Below, piece by piece: positions 48,001 to 61,784 of a stretch of DNA of 64,000 nt. Below the pieces are notes generated by a model. That model worked only from the letters and a program-made list of their open reading frames with translations. It had not been told where the DNA came from and ran no database searches. The position numbers and the translations under genes were made by a program. The stretch lies in contig CM120641.1 of assembly GCA_051362555.1 (NCBI GenBank), positions 41,918,401 to 41,982,400 of the forward strand, read 5' to 3'. Position 1 is the stretch's first letter. Each line of letters opens with the position of its first letter. The stretch is from Lingula anatina (lineage: Eukaryota > Animalia > Brachiopoda).

Positions 48001-49117
48001 AGCAATATTAGAATAAAATAATATTAGGTTACTTGTTGAAATCACAATTGGAGATATACCCATTGCAGAAAGAAATAGTATTACTAAACTGCCACAAAAT
48101 CCTTTTCTAAGTATGTTGCCTCTTTCAAAAAATCAGTTTCCTGAAACAAAGGCCAGCTTTGCAAAATAAATAAATAAATAATTTAATTCACCGATTAGAA
48201 TCCTTCAAAATCTGAAAATAATTGCAGAAAAAACTCCTTAAAAACTGTAACTAGGCATCTGGATTACACAACAAAGCTTCACACCAAGGTTGAAAAAATC
48301 ATGTTTGTAAATTACAGCTACATCATGATGTATTACATATATTCCAAAAGAAAGAAACATGCCCATTCAATACTTACATGTACTATTCATTTCAATTATC
48401 AACTATCACACCCATTTACAGATACATATATGGGATTAATATGACTTGACTGATCAGAAGTCCATCACTGGGTTTCATATCAAACCTTGAATATTTGTGC
48501 AAAACTTTGGTAAATTATTCATAATTTAAAGGATCACAACAGAATGAGGTGCTGAAGCAAATGTTCATGATTTAAATAAGAATTTCACTGGGAATAAATA
48601 TCATGTAAATTGAGAATCCCCCTTCCAAGGTCACTGAGCATAAGATGTTAATTACTTTACAAGGTCACCAACTCTACCTTTTCCCTACCTTCAGATGTCA
48701 TTGGTCCAATTTACAGGTGACCTTTAGAATCAAGACACTGATGATACAATGACTTTGAACCTTGCCTATTTAGGATTTCATAAATTGTAAACTAACTTTC
48801 ACATCATTTTAGATATTTTTTATACAGTGATGATAACCCAATACCCAAAGGTAAGAGTTTTATCAGGTCAGTTTTATATCTGAAGACAATGAATCAATAA
48901 CTCTGACTCAAAGGCACTGCTGTTGATCTAATATAGAGCATTTGCAGCTGGAGTATGCAAAAAAATTGTAACCTTTTCTCAAATACTAGTAATTAACATA
49001 CATTCTTGTAACTGTCTTGTCAGTCACATTTTTCACATAAATGTGCAACCTGGAGATAAAAGGGAGTTACAAACACTCGCACTTAAGACACAAACATTTG
49101 GGAGCCACAGAGCTATC

Positions 49118-50876
49118 TCATACATATACCATATCGTCTTCATCATCCTGGGTTAAATCTGTAAGAGTGATCTGATTAGCTGAATGCCTGGCCCACAGGG
49201 AGGTCTCCCTCTCACCACTCCCAGAAGATGGTCCCCTGTTCAGATCATTCTGTCCATGAATCACAACCTTTCCTGAGGATGAGGAGCCTGAGGGCAGATT
49301 ACTCTCATTGTTAAGAAGAAGTGGTGATGTTTCCGATTCCATCTCCTTTGTAGACGAAGAAGAAACGGACCACTTGTCCATGTTATCTGTGGTTGCCATG
49401 GGCACCTGGTCAGTGTAAGTACTGATGCAGTGGACAGTGGGGCTGGTGGACACAGCAGAGGAGGTCAGATATTCTGTCCACTCATCGAGGGTGGTAACTG
49501 CTGGGTCGACCACTGGAGGCCCTGCCCCAATGCTCTGGGCCCCACACACATCAATATTGAACTGTAACGGAGCTGATGCAGCAGCAACCTCCCCATGAAT
49601 GGCACTTGGAAGGTCTTCCGTGGGAGTTTTCACATAGGAGTAAAGGTGACTGAAATCTTTCTTTTCAAACTCCTTAGTTTTGTTCACATCCATAGCCAAA
49701 ATATTATTCACAGAAATGTTCTTGATCAGACCAAAACTGTTTCCATAGGCACCGTGACACGTCCCAGAGCACTGAGGGTCTTCTTCTGATTCCCTGGGAT
49801 GACCTTGACCTTGTGCATGACCTTGACCTTCTTTGTGATGTCGAGGAGCCTGATGTGGTTTGTGCTTTGGTCTGGCTCCACCCATTCCTTCTTCAGGTTG
49901 TCTAGTGTCCAGTGGACTTTCCAAACTGGCCGCAGTAGAGTCACTGTCATCCTTTGAAGTGGTCAGTGCACTACTGGTCACTATAGAGTCACTGTAGGCC
50001 AGTAACATTTTCACATGAGTATCCAGCTCCTCTTCCTCCTGTGATTTCTCAGAGCTACTGGAGTGGTCATCTCTCGGGGTCAATACTGACTGGTTGTTAT
50101 TGTCATTGTGGTCCCTATCTCCAGATATCTGGTCAACTGGGTCACTACCATCACTGGGGTCCATTGAAATTTTTGATTGTGCATTTCTGGTGGCAGTAGC
50201 AGTATACTCGGGTATTTCTAGGCTCTTAGTGTCCTGTGGTTCTTGATTGCTCTCCTGAAGGCTATAAACGGAAACACCTGGCAATTTACTTCCTAACACA
50301 CTTTTCTCTAACTCCATATCGCCTTCCTCATCCACACACAATGAAGGCTCTGTAAGAGGTGCTAAAATCAACTGAGCTTCTGTACCACTTAGCGTCGGCA
50401 CATGCATGCTGTGGACAGGGGTGACTGGAGTGTCTGTGGCATGGACGTCCACACAAGTGATGGGGATGCTGGCCTCCAAGGGGGAGTTTGGGGCAGAGTC
50501 TTGTAAAGACAGCTGTATTGCCATTTTCAGTTCTGTGTCCTCCTCTGTAAAAAGACAACATATTTATTTTGTGTTACAATCTGACATTTATATGATCACA
50601 TTTGATAACACACTTTTTGATATCATTTGGTTAGTTTTCTTGTTAATTCCTTAAATATCAACTGAAAGTTGCATTGATTAAACATATAAACACTAAGTAT
50701 CTAATACATACTTTCATGCATGATGACTGATGCATACACCTTTCTATGCAATAATTACAGACCAAATAAAGTTCACTTTACAAAATACAAGATGCAAGAT
50801 TTGAATGTGCAAGATTGTGCTGTGTAAAATTATATATTCAACTGTTAAACAGTAATCAATAAAACAAACAAACAAA

Positions 50877-50923
<47 letters not shown>

Positions 50924-53900
50924 ACAGACTCTTCACCTTCTGCAGTAATTCGAGACAGTTCAATTGCACGTTGCAACTCTGGATCAAAATCTTCCACATC
51001 GGTGGCAGCAGCGGGAGGCTGTCGCTCACTCCTATTGGCTGTCCCCCGTCGAACTACTCTAGGCAGCCTTGGGGAGTTGATTGACCGTCCTGTCCTGCTC
51101 GGACTACTGGACAATGGACTAGTGGACACCTTGGACACGGGGCTCTTTGGTGCAGTTTCCTCTACTGGCCGTGGTGGTAGAGGTTCAGGCAATGGAATCT
51201 CCATATTCAATCGATTGCTTGAACTTTAAACATAAGATAAGATAATCTGATCCCCTTTTTAAAAGTGGCATGCTGTTCATTTAGCCAGTATCACTTTTGA
51301 AAGGCCCACATTGATATCTGTCAGCGTCAATAAATTAAACAAATGCTAAAACCTCCTGGCATTGATTTTCATTTTCACCATCATTTAAATCATATTAGTC
51401 TACTTTGGTTTCATTTAACATGTATGACAGCTGCTGTTTTTTTCTATTATTTTTAAGTATTGACTTCAGTGACAAAACTTAAATTAAAAATTTTAGCCTT
51501 TCAAACTCAAAAGCAAACCGACTACTGTTCAAGATTATATTCTGAAATTTGTAATGAATCAAAATTTTATTCTGAATTCCACACCTTGCTGCATCAGCTG
51601 ATGGTCCCAGGGAGGCGACATCTCGAAGCAGCTGAAGCCGAGACATCTCTAAGGCACGGAGGAGGTCAAGCTGATAGTCTGCAACTAACTCCGATGGACG
51701 AGGACTGGACACTGAATAAGAAGGAAAACAATGTTTCTTTATCAAGTAAATACTGCTGATAGCCTTCCTACAACTCTGTTAAACAATGTCAAGACACTTA
51801 AAGTGAACACAGCTGTGATGTTCAATCAAGATACCCACGTTGCAGTGCATTTTATTGTTATCTTTACCTCCTTCTTTCCCCACTCTGTCCTTCCTAAGAC
51901 AGCGCAGACTACAGTACTCATGCATTCCTCCTGTTCTTTTATTCCTGGCCCTTGGTTTGCTGCAGTCTGTTCGCCGACAAACATCTACAACATAATTATT
52001 TCAAATTACTATAATGAGATTGTATCAAATTTGATAAAAGAGGGACCAATATTTTTTTTAAGTAATCTAGGTTATTTATATCAGAATTCAGTATGAATGC
52101 TTTTTCAAAAGCTAAATGTTCTTGTCAGTGAAATGTGAACTAATTCGACTGTCAATTTCTCAGTAGTTTTGATGAAAATTCTGCTATTACATGATTAACT
52201 AAATTTTTTCCCTACCAATTTCTGCAAGCACCTCAATCCACCCAAAATGACTCAATTGCCACCCAATGTGACTTGATCCCTAATTTTGTCAGGACAGGTC
52301 ACAAATATCCACAGTAACTACATTAACTATAACAACAACTTTCACATACTGACAACACTGCCTCACACACCATCACTTACCACTAGTGACTGAAGGAGTT
52401 TGCCCAGCTTTCCCCTCCCCCTGCTCTTCCTCCTGCTCATCCTCGGACTCCTCAGGGCTGGAGTCAGGCCAGTCAAAGAGTGCAGAGACATTGGTGTGGC
52501 GCCCTGAACTGTCCATAACCCAGGGGTTGGGCAGCTCCATGTCTTGAATGGAGTCTAGCAGGGCTTTCTTGGTGTCCTCCTTTATAAGAAGATATATAAT
52601 ATTAAACAGATGGAATTTGTGAGCTGTCCTTTGGTGTGGGTAATAAATGACAAAAGTTGGTCTCAGCATTTGATTACTATGTGTGTCCCTGTACTTTCAT
52701 ACATATATTTTATCATGACTCCTGTTTAGAAGCCAGCCCCCCCCCCCCCCCAAAAAAAAAAATTCCCACTTCAACCCAATACCATCCCTGGCCCTTACTT
52801 CCACAGTGAATTTATTGATTCCTAAAATTTAACAAATTTCCTGGTGCCATGCTGCCATGTTCAAGTAGATCTCATTCTCACTTGTATCCACATCAAAGCT
52901 GTATTTCCTTATAGAATTTCCAGCTATGAAAACTGGAGTAAATGGTTTAAAAAAATTTCAGAGATATGCCCAGAAACATGTAAGTTGAGATATAATATCA
53001 TCTGCTGACGTTAAAATCTATTTAGCCAAAATATCAGTGTTTTTGGCAAAACCCCTTTGAAGAATTGTCAAAAATTCATTTACCTTTGAACATTTCATCA
53101 TCATTGCCCCCCTTGTTTTTCTGTATAGGAGACTTGCAGTTCCAGATTGTTTGAATAGCACTCGGCCACACCCTTTCCAAGGCAACATAAACACACAAAT
53201 GCTTAATGGATCTAATAATTACTTACATCTACATCAAAACTGTATTTTTTCCTAGAATTCCCAGGAGACAGATCAACGGGCACCAAGCCTCGTGCGATGG
53301 CGCCTATCAAGTCATGGCGTTTCCGTGTGACCAGCTGAGCCTGACCTATTATCTTGTTCCGTGGTGTACGTAAGTATGGGCGATTGATCATCTGAGATAA
53401 GTTCTCTGTTGCCTCTTCCAGCTCCGTCTGTGGAAAAATGAAAGCAGCTCATGTGCCATGTCTTATATTGTGTAAATCCATAATTTAGCTGTCCTGTACA
53501 AAAATCTTTTTTTTTTGTATGTTAAAACCACAAATGAATCTGAGAGAATTTCAAGTGCAGTAGAACTAAATAATAAGAACTGAAATTGACATAAAACATC
53601 TAACATTCAATTAAATGATCTTTTTTTATTAAAATGTGTGTGAATATAATAATATAAATATTCAATCAGTAATCACCTGCATGAATTCAAAGATGGGTTT
53701 TCTAATTCCTACTTCTTCTATGTAATAACCATAGACATAAGAACACTTCAGGACGCGCCGTGCCTTGAGCAATTGGTGGACTGCATCTTCTATAAACTTG
53801 GTCTCAATATCTGCAGTTGCTGTAAAATAAAGATGTCAAATTGAAATTGAATGAAATATAACTGAATGTGCTTCTTCAAAATTCTGAGGGGATCACACAT

Positions 53901-56900
53901 TGTTGATGTTGTGTGAAAATAAAGAAAATATAATAACTTTTGCTGACTCGTCACATCATATTTTAGGATGATGAGTCTTATTTAATATTTCATATAAAAT
54001 TTTTATCCCTAAGGCCATAACATTTGTTGCAGGCAACAATTTGCTACATTGTTATTATTGTTAAAATTATTAGGATAGTGAGTTTATATAATAAAAGCGG
54101 CCTTGTTTGGCCAAATCACGAACACGAACAATCTTTGTTGCCTTCTCTCTTGTTATGAATGGGACTATGAAAGTTCGCGGTACACAGGGATGGAGGAGAC
54201 ATAAATGCGTATGTATATGTGAATACTGTATGGGATATCCTCACTAGCATGTACCATTAATGGATTGAAGTGGTCTTCTAAGTGCTTCAAAACCAGGATA
54301 GGCGATGAAAATGGAGATTTGGGATACATGTTTACCTGCCAAGAAGAATAAAAACTATTACAAGTGACAATTCTAATTTCATAATACTTGTCTGAAATGT
54401 AGTATAGGAATCCCATGGTCAGGACGTAGGTGATGGAGGGGGCAGGGGGGAGGATGGGCACTGTATTACCTGGATCGCTGACTGCATTGGCAAGTATCAG
54501 CATCTTTTCTTTGGCAGTGGTAAGCAATGGTTCCTCCAGCTGAAACAAGAAAGCAAACATTACATATTGTTTTGTTTAAAGGTATCTTAATATCTGGGAT
54601 TTTCACATCTAACTGAATTTATTTTACATTTGGATTTCATGTTTTTTACCTTGATCATTTATAATTAATCATAGCAATTTATACAGATCACAGGTGGATT
54701 TGTTAGAATCTACCAAGAATCATTTTAGAAAGACACTTATCAATGCCCATTAACAATATATTCTTCCCCCACAGTTTTATAACACTTTCTTTAAAACATC
54801 ACACCTATTTGAGTCCAAGAGTTTCAGGTATTTTGAACTTTTGGTATGTCTCTTAAGTCTTTCTCACTTACCTTGAAACTATTGTCATGATTTTTAAACC
54901 TAGTGTAATAGTGGACAAACTTGTGCATTTCTTTGTTAGCCATGTGCTTCTGCTCAGCCTGAAATATAATTTGGTACATACAAAACAATATCCATGTACT
55001 GGTGGTATTATGAATGCTGAAATATAATGAACAAATATAAAACCTAATCTTTAAACATTTGTCAAAAAAGAATATTATAAATCAACCAGATAAATGTTTA
55101 ATATGCAACAATAAATATGGCATGGCATGTGCATTTTACATGATTCTTATCACTGATCCAAAGTTTAAAAGAAAGAGATAAAAATCTAAACATAACATTT
55201 GAAGGGGGAAATAAAATTGCTACAGTCTACTACTATCTGGATAACCAAGGAGATTGCCATTATTTCTATAATACGGTACTTACCTTACAAGCAAGTTTGC
55301 TTTCTCTATTTGTAATAAGGTTAATATTCGCACTGTTAATATATTAATCACTTCCTTACCTCTGTCTTTTGCACTTCTGTCTGTTCATCAACTTTCTTTG
55401 ACACATCATATCTATTGCACCTAAAGTACCCCCCAGTGGCAGAACTGTGCTTCTTCCACTGTTCCAGACACACCCAGCAGAAGTCATGTTTGCACTGGAA
55501 ATTGACACAGGTCCTCATTATAATATCAAAATGTACTCTAGTCAAGATTCCAGGCTGTAATCTAAAACAGCTCAGCAACTACAGATTTATAAATCATCTA
55601 TGCTGTTAATTATAGGATCAGCTAGACCATTCTATATTCGATGGTTGAGAAGTAGAAAAAATCTTCGACTCCATCCTTTACTTGGCAGGGTTTGTTTCAA
55701 TAACTAATTCTTAGAATAATAATATTTTTTATATTTCTGGATTAATCAGTGCAACTTACAGAAAACCCCCCAGATATCAGTGTTTTTGGCAAAGCCCCTT
55801 AAAAGGATTGTTAAAAATTCATTTACCTTTGAACATTTCATATGATTGCACCCCTCGTTTTTCTGTATAGGAGACTTGCAGTTGGGACAAGGCTTGGCAT
55901 TGGTCACCAACCACAATATATTGGCTGATGTCTCCACTGCTCCACTCGTGTCACATACTGGAAAACAAAACATAAAAAACTAGGTTGATATTTCACTTTA
56001 TACTCTCTGAAATGTCCATTGAAATTCCCGACTGGAGACAACATTTGGATCATGTATAATTTGATCACAGGAATTCCATCACAGAACAAACACAGAATCA
56101 ATTGCAACAGCAATGAAAAAGGACTGATGGAGATTGATTGGGCATGTGAGCAGGATGGAGAAAACAACAGTTCCAAAAAAGTAGCATTAGGATGGGCACC
56201 AGAAGGAAAAAGAAATAGAGAAAGATTGAAAGAAACATAGAAACAATCTGATGAGAAGGAGATGAAATAACAAGGATGGATGAAGGACAGCTTGAGGGTT
56301 ATGCAGCAGACAGACAACACTTGAAAGCTATGGCAGATGCCTTAAGTGCCACATTGGCACAAAGAGAATAGTGAGTCAGACATAATTTGATCAATAAATA
56401 AAATTCTGTTTTTGATTCTAAGTTCTAGTTTTAAAAACCCTGTCATAATGAAGAGAGAGACTAGAGAATTTCACTAAAAATGGCAAAATTAGAAATTTGA
56501 AATTCAAAAGCAGGTTAAATTATTTTTTGGCTAAATAGATTTTAATGTCAGCAGATGATATTAAATCTCAACTTACATGCTTCTGGGCAGATCTCTGAAA
56601 TTTTTTGAAACCATTTACTCCAGTTTTCACAGCTGGCAGGAGCATGAGCTTCACCAAGACAGTCCCTGAAACATAGACACATTTTCTGTCAAACCATTTA
56701 ATTATGGTAAAATAGCTACCATTATTTAAAACTTGTAATAACCTTGAAAACAGGTTATTTATAATGGTGATGTGATATCACGTAAATGTTTAAAACAACA
56801 AAAACATCACAGGCTTCTCAATATAAATTAGGCTTAAGCTTACTATGAGAAGTTATTACTTACCAACAAAAATAATGGCCACTCCCACAATCCACAGATC

Positions 56901-59900
56901 TGGAGGTGTCCCCAGGAAGTTTACTGGCGATAGACGGCTGAACTGGTGACATGACACCACTAGCGCCATCCGTATCTGGTAGTTTTACTGCTCGTATACA
57001 GCCAGGAGACGGACACCACTTGATATTGGGGTTACTGTCAACAAACGCCTTAAAAAAAAGAATAATGATAATATACAGCAGAGTGAAATCTGTCTTCAAC
57101 TGCAACTTACATAGATGAAGGACAGATTATTTGTTATTTATTTAAAGATTTGACTGTTCCACATTCTGGAATTGGTATTTCATTACAAGAGTAAATAATA
57201 AAGAGTTAAGTTCTTGGTTTAAAAAGTTAAATTTTTTTAAACGACTACGCATTTTTTTACCTGTGAGACATAACATTTTACCTGTGAGATATGACATTTC
57301 AACCCTTCATCAGAGATTGCAAGATTGTCATTTCTCACAGGTTAAAAAACATTTAATTTCTGCAATTTCTCTTTTTAACAACCTTTACTTTTTCACAGTT
57401 ATAACTTCGCTTTAATAGAACATACCTGTATGTCAAACTGCAGATATCTCCTGGCCATATCTCTTGAGACAATCTCCTCAATGAGTTCTACAGGTACAAG
57501 TTTGATACAGTCATAAGCAGGGCAGGTAATGTTATGGGCCTCACCCTCTTGGATTTTCACATTTAAATAGCTGTAAAGTCAACAGATTAAAAATAAGAAT
57601 AGATGAATGTGCTTATTCTTCATGAAGACAGCATACATTTTCAATTTGCTTTAAATTTGTAGAAAGGATCAATATTTTATGAATGATTTTAATATTATAC
57701 CTGATGTTGGTAGCATTTTGTGTTGGGGAAAAAAAGGTCACTAAGCTAATATACTGAACAAAGGGCTTTTATTTCCGAATTTTAAATCAGAACAAAATGG
57801 ATGTATAAGCCAACAGTAAATATTATAGGAACTGGAAAGGTTCATTTTCTTTAAATAGCACCTAAATATCAGTTTTTTATCTTGATTAAAACTGCATTAA
57901 TTTCAGATATTAAGTTTTAATCCTTCAATATTTATACTTATCTTGGTAGCACTAGAACCCGAAAAAACTACTCACCCTTCCCAGCATGCTCGACAAAACC
58001 TGTGTTCACATGACATGGGAACTGCAGTCTCATCACTTGGAATGTAGTTTGCACATATATCACACTAAAAACAAAAAGAACAGTAACAGTCATTGGCTTT
58101 TATCTAAGTTTAATTTTAATGAATGATGAAAAAATGGAATGCATTTAAATATAGAAGCAAAAGCTAAGTTTCTTCCTTTGTTTTAATTTATTCTTGTGCT
58201 AATAATTTTATGATCAGCTTATTTGGTTTGTGTGCTTAATTTGAACATGTAAATATATTAAAATATATAGAAACTTTAAGAAGTGGGTATAAGAGGTTGA
58301 CCTATTAACAAGCAGCTGTCAGCAATATAAACATCCTTGCTGAGCATGCTATTGAACAACAGGAATTTTTTAAACCAAACATTTGAACCATTTAGCTGAA
58401 CCATATATCTAGGACACAGGAGTGAATATTTCTTGATTTTTTTTTTAAAGTGCAAAACATTTCACATTATCGAATATTTTTAAATATCAAAATTAATTAA
58501 ACTTAAAAATTCCAAGCATTACACCAGATCTTTTCAGTTAATACCATTTCTGGGTCTAGTTTTACTTACGAGTATGTCAGATTGTCCGTGGTGACGTGGC
58601 GTGACACTTCTGAGAGTGTCTGAGTCCTCAGAGGACTGAGCCATCAGATCCTCAAACACACTGGATGGTGGATTCACCCCGCTCTTTTCACAGCAGACTA
58701 TAGCATCCCTCATCCAGGCTTCCAGGAGCATTTCTCTGGACCATTCTGAAATATTATAAAATTGAATGTATGGTAATTAAGTCCAAATTTCAAACACCCC
58801 GTTTGTTCAAATATCAAAAATCAAATAAATGCACTTTGTCACATAAATCCAACTTACTTTCATAATCAAGAATTTTTTTTCATACAAAACAATCTTTTTA
58901 GGAAATACAAACAAAACAATCTTTTTAGGAAATACAAAAAATCAATTTTGTTCAAATTTAGCAATGAGTACAGTAAAATGGTTACAGATCATTATGAATA
59001 ATTCATATTTACTTCTACTTTGACAATTAGAAGAACTTTGTTTTATAAGTGTGTTTCAATACCCAGTGCCAGATTAATATTCTACAGTAATACTGCATCA
59101 AGCTTTCTCACAAGACCAGAAGTGTTGTGACTGGGATTAAGCGAAATATTTTTTAGTCCTCATCATAGGGATACTATGTGTTAGACATTTTAATAGCACA
59201 ATTTTTTTCTTGAATATGTCAATACCTTTCACTTTATTACGAAGATACACCATATCCAATAACATTAAAGAAATTGCAATTAGTGTTTATAATTTTTGAG
59301 TCACTCTCATAATGGAAATATCAACCAGTGAATTTCAATAATAAATGTAATTAAAATTAAAACAGCAAATCAATTAAAAACCTGAAAACAGGTTTGTAGA
59401 TTGTGGTATTTTCAACAGCACTGAAGAAAAGTGTTGAAATTTCAAAGGATTTTTTGCTATGTTAGGTCATAAATGCAATGCATTTTTGTTTGTCAAATTT
59501 ATACCCATTGCTGTGTATCACATGCATATGATGCCAGTACCATACACTTGTATATACAGTGCATAAAAAATGACATAAGTACTCTATGTCAGATATTTAA
59601 ATTCTTGACAAGCTTTGGAACAAATTCTAATAAATTAAAAAAGTAATTCATCTTGGCATTATTGTACTTGACATCTGTATTCATGAATATATTTTCTTTG
59701 ACTAGAAAGGTTACCCGGTACATATATCTTCATGGTACACAAATAATTGCTTAACATAGTACATTATCTCCATTTTCAAGTTAACCTCAGAAAATATATG
59801 CATGCCGCAGGTTTCCGTTATCTACAGGTTCATTATCAGGGTCACTGCTTCCTAAGTGGGTGGTCTTTATATTGTAATTCATGGGGAAGCAACTTTTAAA

Positions 59901-61424
59901 AACAGACTGTGACCACTGAGGCTGAGGACAGAAGAATTATTTCTGCCTATTATCCTTCTCTCTTCCCTTATATTCTCCCTCTCTCTCTCTCTCTCCCTCT
60001 CTTCACTTACAAATCTCTATCTCTCCCACCCCCCTTGTCTCCCCCCCAGCTGCCCCTCCCCCTCTTTTCTCATTCTATGATCTCTCTCTCCCCCACCCTT
60101 TTTTTTTCTCTCTCTCTCTCCCTCCCTCCCTTTTGCTGGACTTCATGATATTTTTCCATCTTTCTCTCCCCACTAGTTACCATGGTTTCTGAGCAGGGCC
60201 TCAGCAGTGAACAGTGGCACCCTCAACATATCTGATGTTTCCACCAGCAGTTGATCCTTGGCCTCCTGCAAGTCTTGAGCTTTAAGACCACTGTATTCCT
60301 GTAATAGTAAAAGAAAGAATAGGATACTTAAGGCTTTAATGCTAACAATAAGTTTTCCGGTCAGTCCTTTGTTGTAAAACACTACACAGTATACATTCTG
60401 TACATTTACGTTCACATCATTAAATAATTTCGTAAATTAAAGCTCAAATTGAAAAATTTCAGAATTACAAGAAAAAGGCATACAAAAATTTCAATATCAG
60501 CTGGGCAACAGTGAAACCAGTCCCTATAGCTTAAAACAATACTACAGTGACATCAGCAAACATTTTATCAGACATCACACATCAATAGCCAAAAAATAAA
60601 ATTATCTACTAGTTCAAACCCCTCCAGCTCAGTTGGCAATGATAAACTTTGACATCATGATAGCTGTTGCCATGGTGATGAATCGCTATCACTAGAATCT
60701 GGCTTACCTCCTGTAGGTCAATAGAAACAATGGCAGCATCCTCATTTTCATCCACGGCCATGTCATTCTGAAGTATGCAAAGAAAGAAAAACACCACTGA
60801 TATTAATTCATGAAGTTACAATGTCACAGATACAGAAATTAAAGCACTGCTTCAGGACTAGACTCAATGATTAAATATGTCCATCTATATAAATAGACAT
60901 TATGATTTGATTCAATTCTCAAAGTTTTTTTTGTGGGGGGGGGGGAGGAAATTGACATTATGATTTGCTTCAATTCTTAAAGATTTTTTTGGGGGGAAAA
61001 GTGGCATGAACTGCATCAATAAAGTATTCTTTGTAACAGCAATGCCATAAATACTTTCTCTCCCTCTCTCATATCACTCTGTGGTATATTTATATGACAT
61101 CTTTAATTTCCCACCAATTTACTATGGTTTCTGAGCAGACATACAACCACAACAATAACATGAAACCTGCTCAGAAGCAAAACCTGAAAAGACAAATTAG
61201 ATTGAAACCCCAATAATGCATTATCTATCTTCTGTAACAGCACAGCCTTGGCTCGACAAAGTGTTGTACTACATGATACAAATATGGTTTACTGAGGTCA
61301 CGGAAAAAGATATCAGACAGTTGTGGATGGAATCAATTTGTCTGGGGCCTTTGACATTTACATAATAATACAAATTGAATGATTCACAATAAAAGCTTTT
61401 CATTGATCATTTAAAGACCAACAG

Positions 61425-61502
<78 letters not shown>

Positions 61503-61784
61503 CAAAGTGTGTTAGAGAAAAAAGTGAGCAATGAGCAGTGCTAAGCCTTGTTTCAGTGTTGTTATTTATTCCATTATACTGACAAAACTTGGCCAATAGC
61601 ATGTAAAGCAATATTTCATTATTAATGTCTGTGTGTGTCTGTTTAGTGGTGTACTTACAGAGAAAACCATCTTGGACTCCAGGTAGAGGGCTATATCAGA
61701 GAAACCTGCCCTCTCAGCACAGTCACAGGGCGTCTCATTATCCACATTCTCTATAAAAAGGGGTGCACCATTGTTGACCAAAAA
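49118..61784 (-). CDS. ANKIB1: Ankyrin repeat and IBR domain-containing protein 1 (RBR E3 ubiquitin ligase), 5'-partial
   Basis: Phase-consistent exons 61784-61659, 60767-60708, 60298-60181, 58745-58570, 58064-57976, 57570-57426, 57048-56864, 56665-56577, 55957-55827, 55494-55360, 54958-54872, 54539-54470, 53819-53677, 53427-53227, 52579-52381, 51984-51868, 51711-51585, 51223-50937, 50544-49118. Last ankyrin ([20 protein letters not shown]), [43 protein letters not shown]1 ([21 protein letters not shown]), IBR ([25 protein letters not shown]), RING2 ([32 protein letters not shown]), Ariadne domain and UIMs. Confidence 0.93.
50876..50924. repeat. (TAAA)n microsatellite
   Basis: Read directly. 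Confidence 0.95.
52880..53141. other. Intronic patchwork of three duplicated ANKIB1 exon-intron junctions
   Basis: 52880-52923 resembles 53221-53264 (direct); 52920-53031 resembles the reverse complement of 56525-56636; 53031-53141 resembles 55774-55883 (direct). Confidence 0.85.
55985..56375 (+). mobile_element. Decayed RTE-like LINE 3' fragment in an ANKIB1 intron
   Basis: Frameshifted translation (W)[45 protein letters not shown] matches the RTE ORF C-terminal pattern. Confidence 0.65.
61428..61500. repeat. (GA)n microsatellite
   Basis: Read directly. Confidence 0.95.

Noticed and set aside
52920-53141. Second ANKIB1/Ariadne gene or alternative RING2 exon
   Set aside because: The fragments are short, frameshifted, in mixed orientation and lack acceptors. 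Reported instead as a rearrangement scar.
54165-54469. Read-through extension of an ANKIB1 exon (131-aa ORF)
   Set aside because: A good donor at 54470 gives a phase-consistent join to 53819, and the extension runs into a dispersed repeat.
59909-60148. Pro/Leu/Ser-rich ORF and other microsatellite ORFs (15145-15389, 61411-61611, 63235-63650)
   Set aside because: Translations of CT-rich, dinucleotide or 78-bp repeats.
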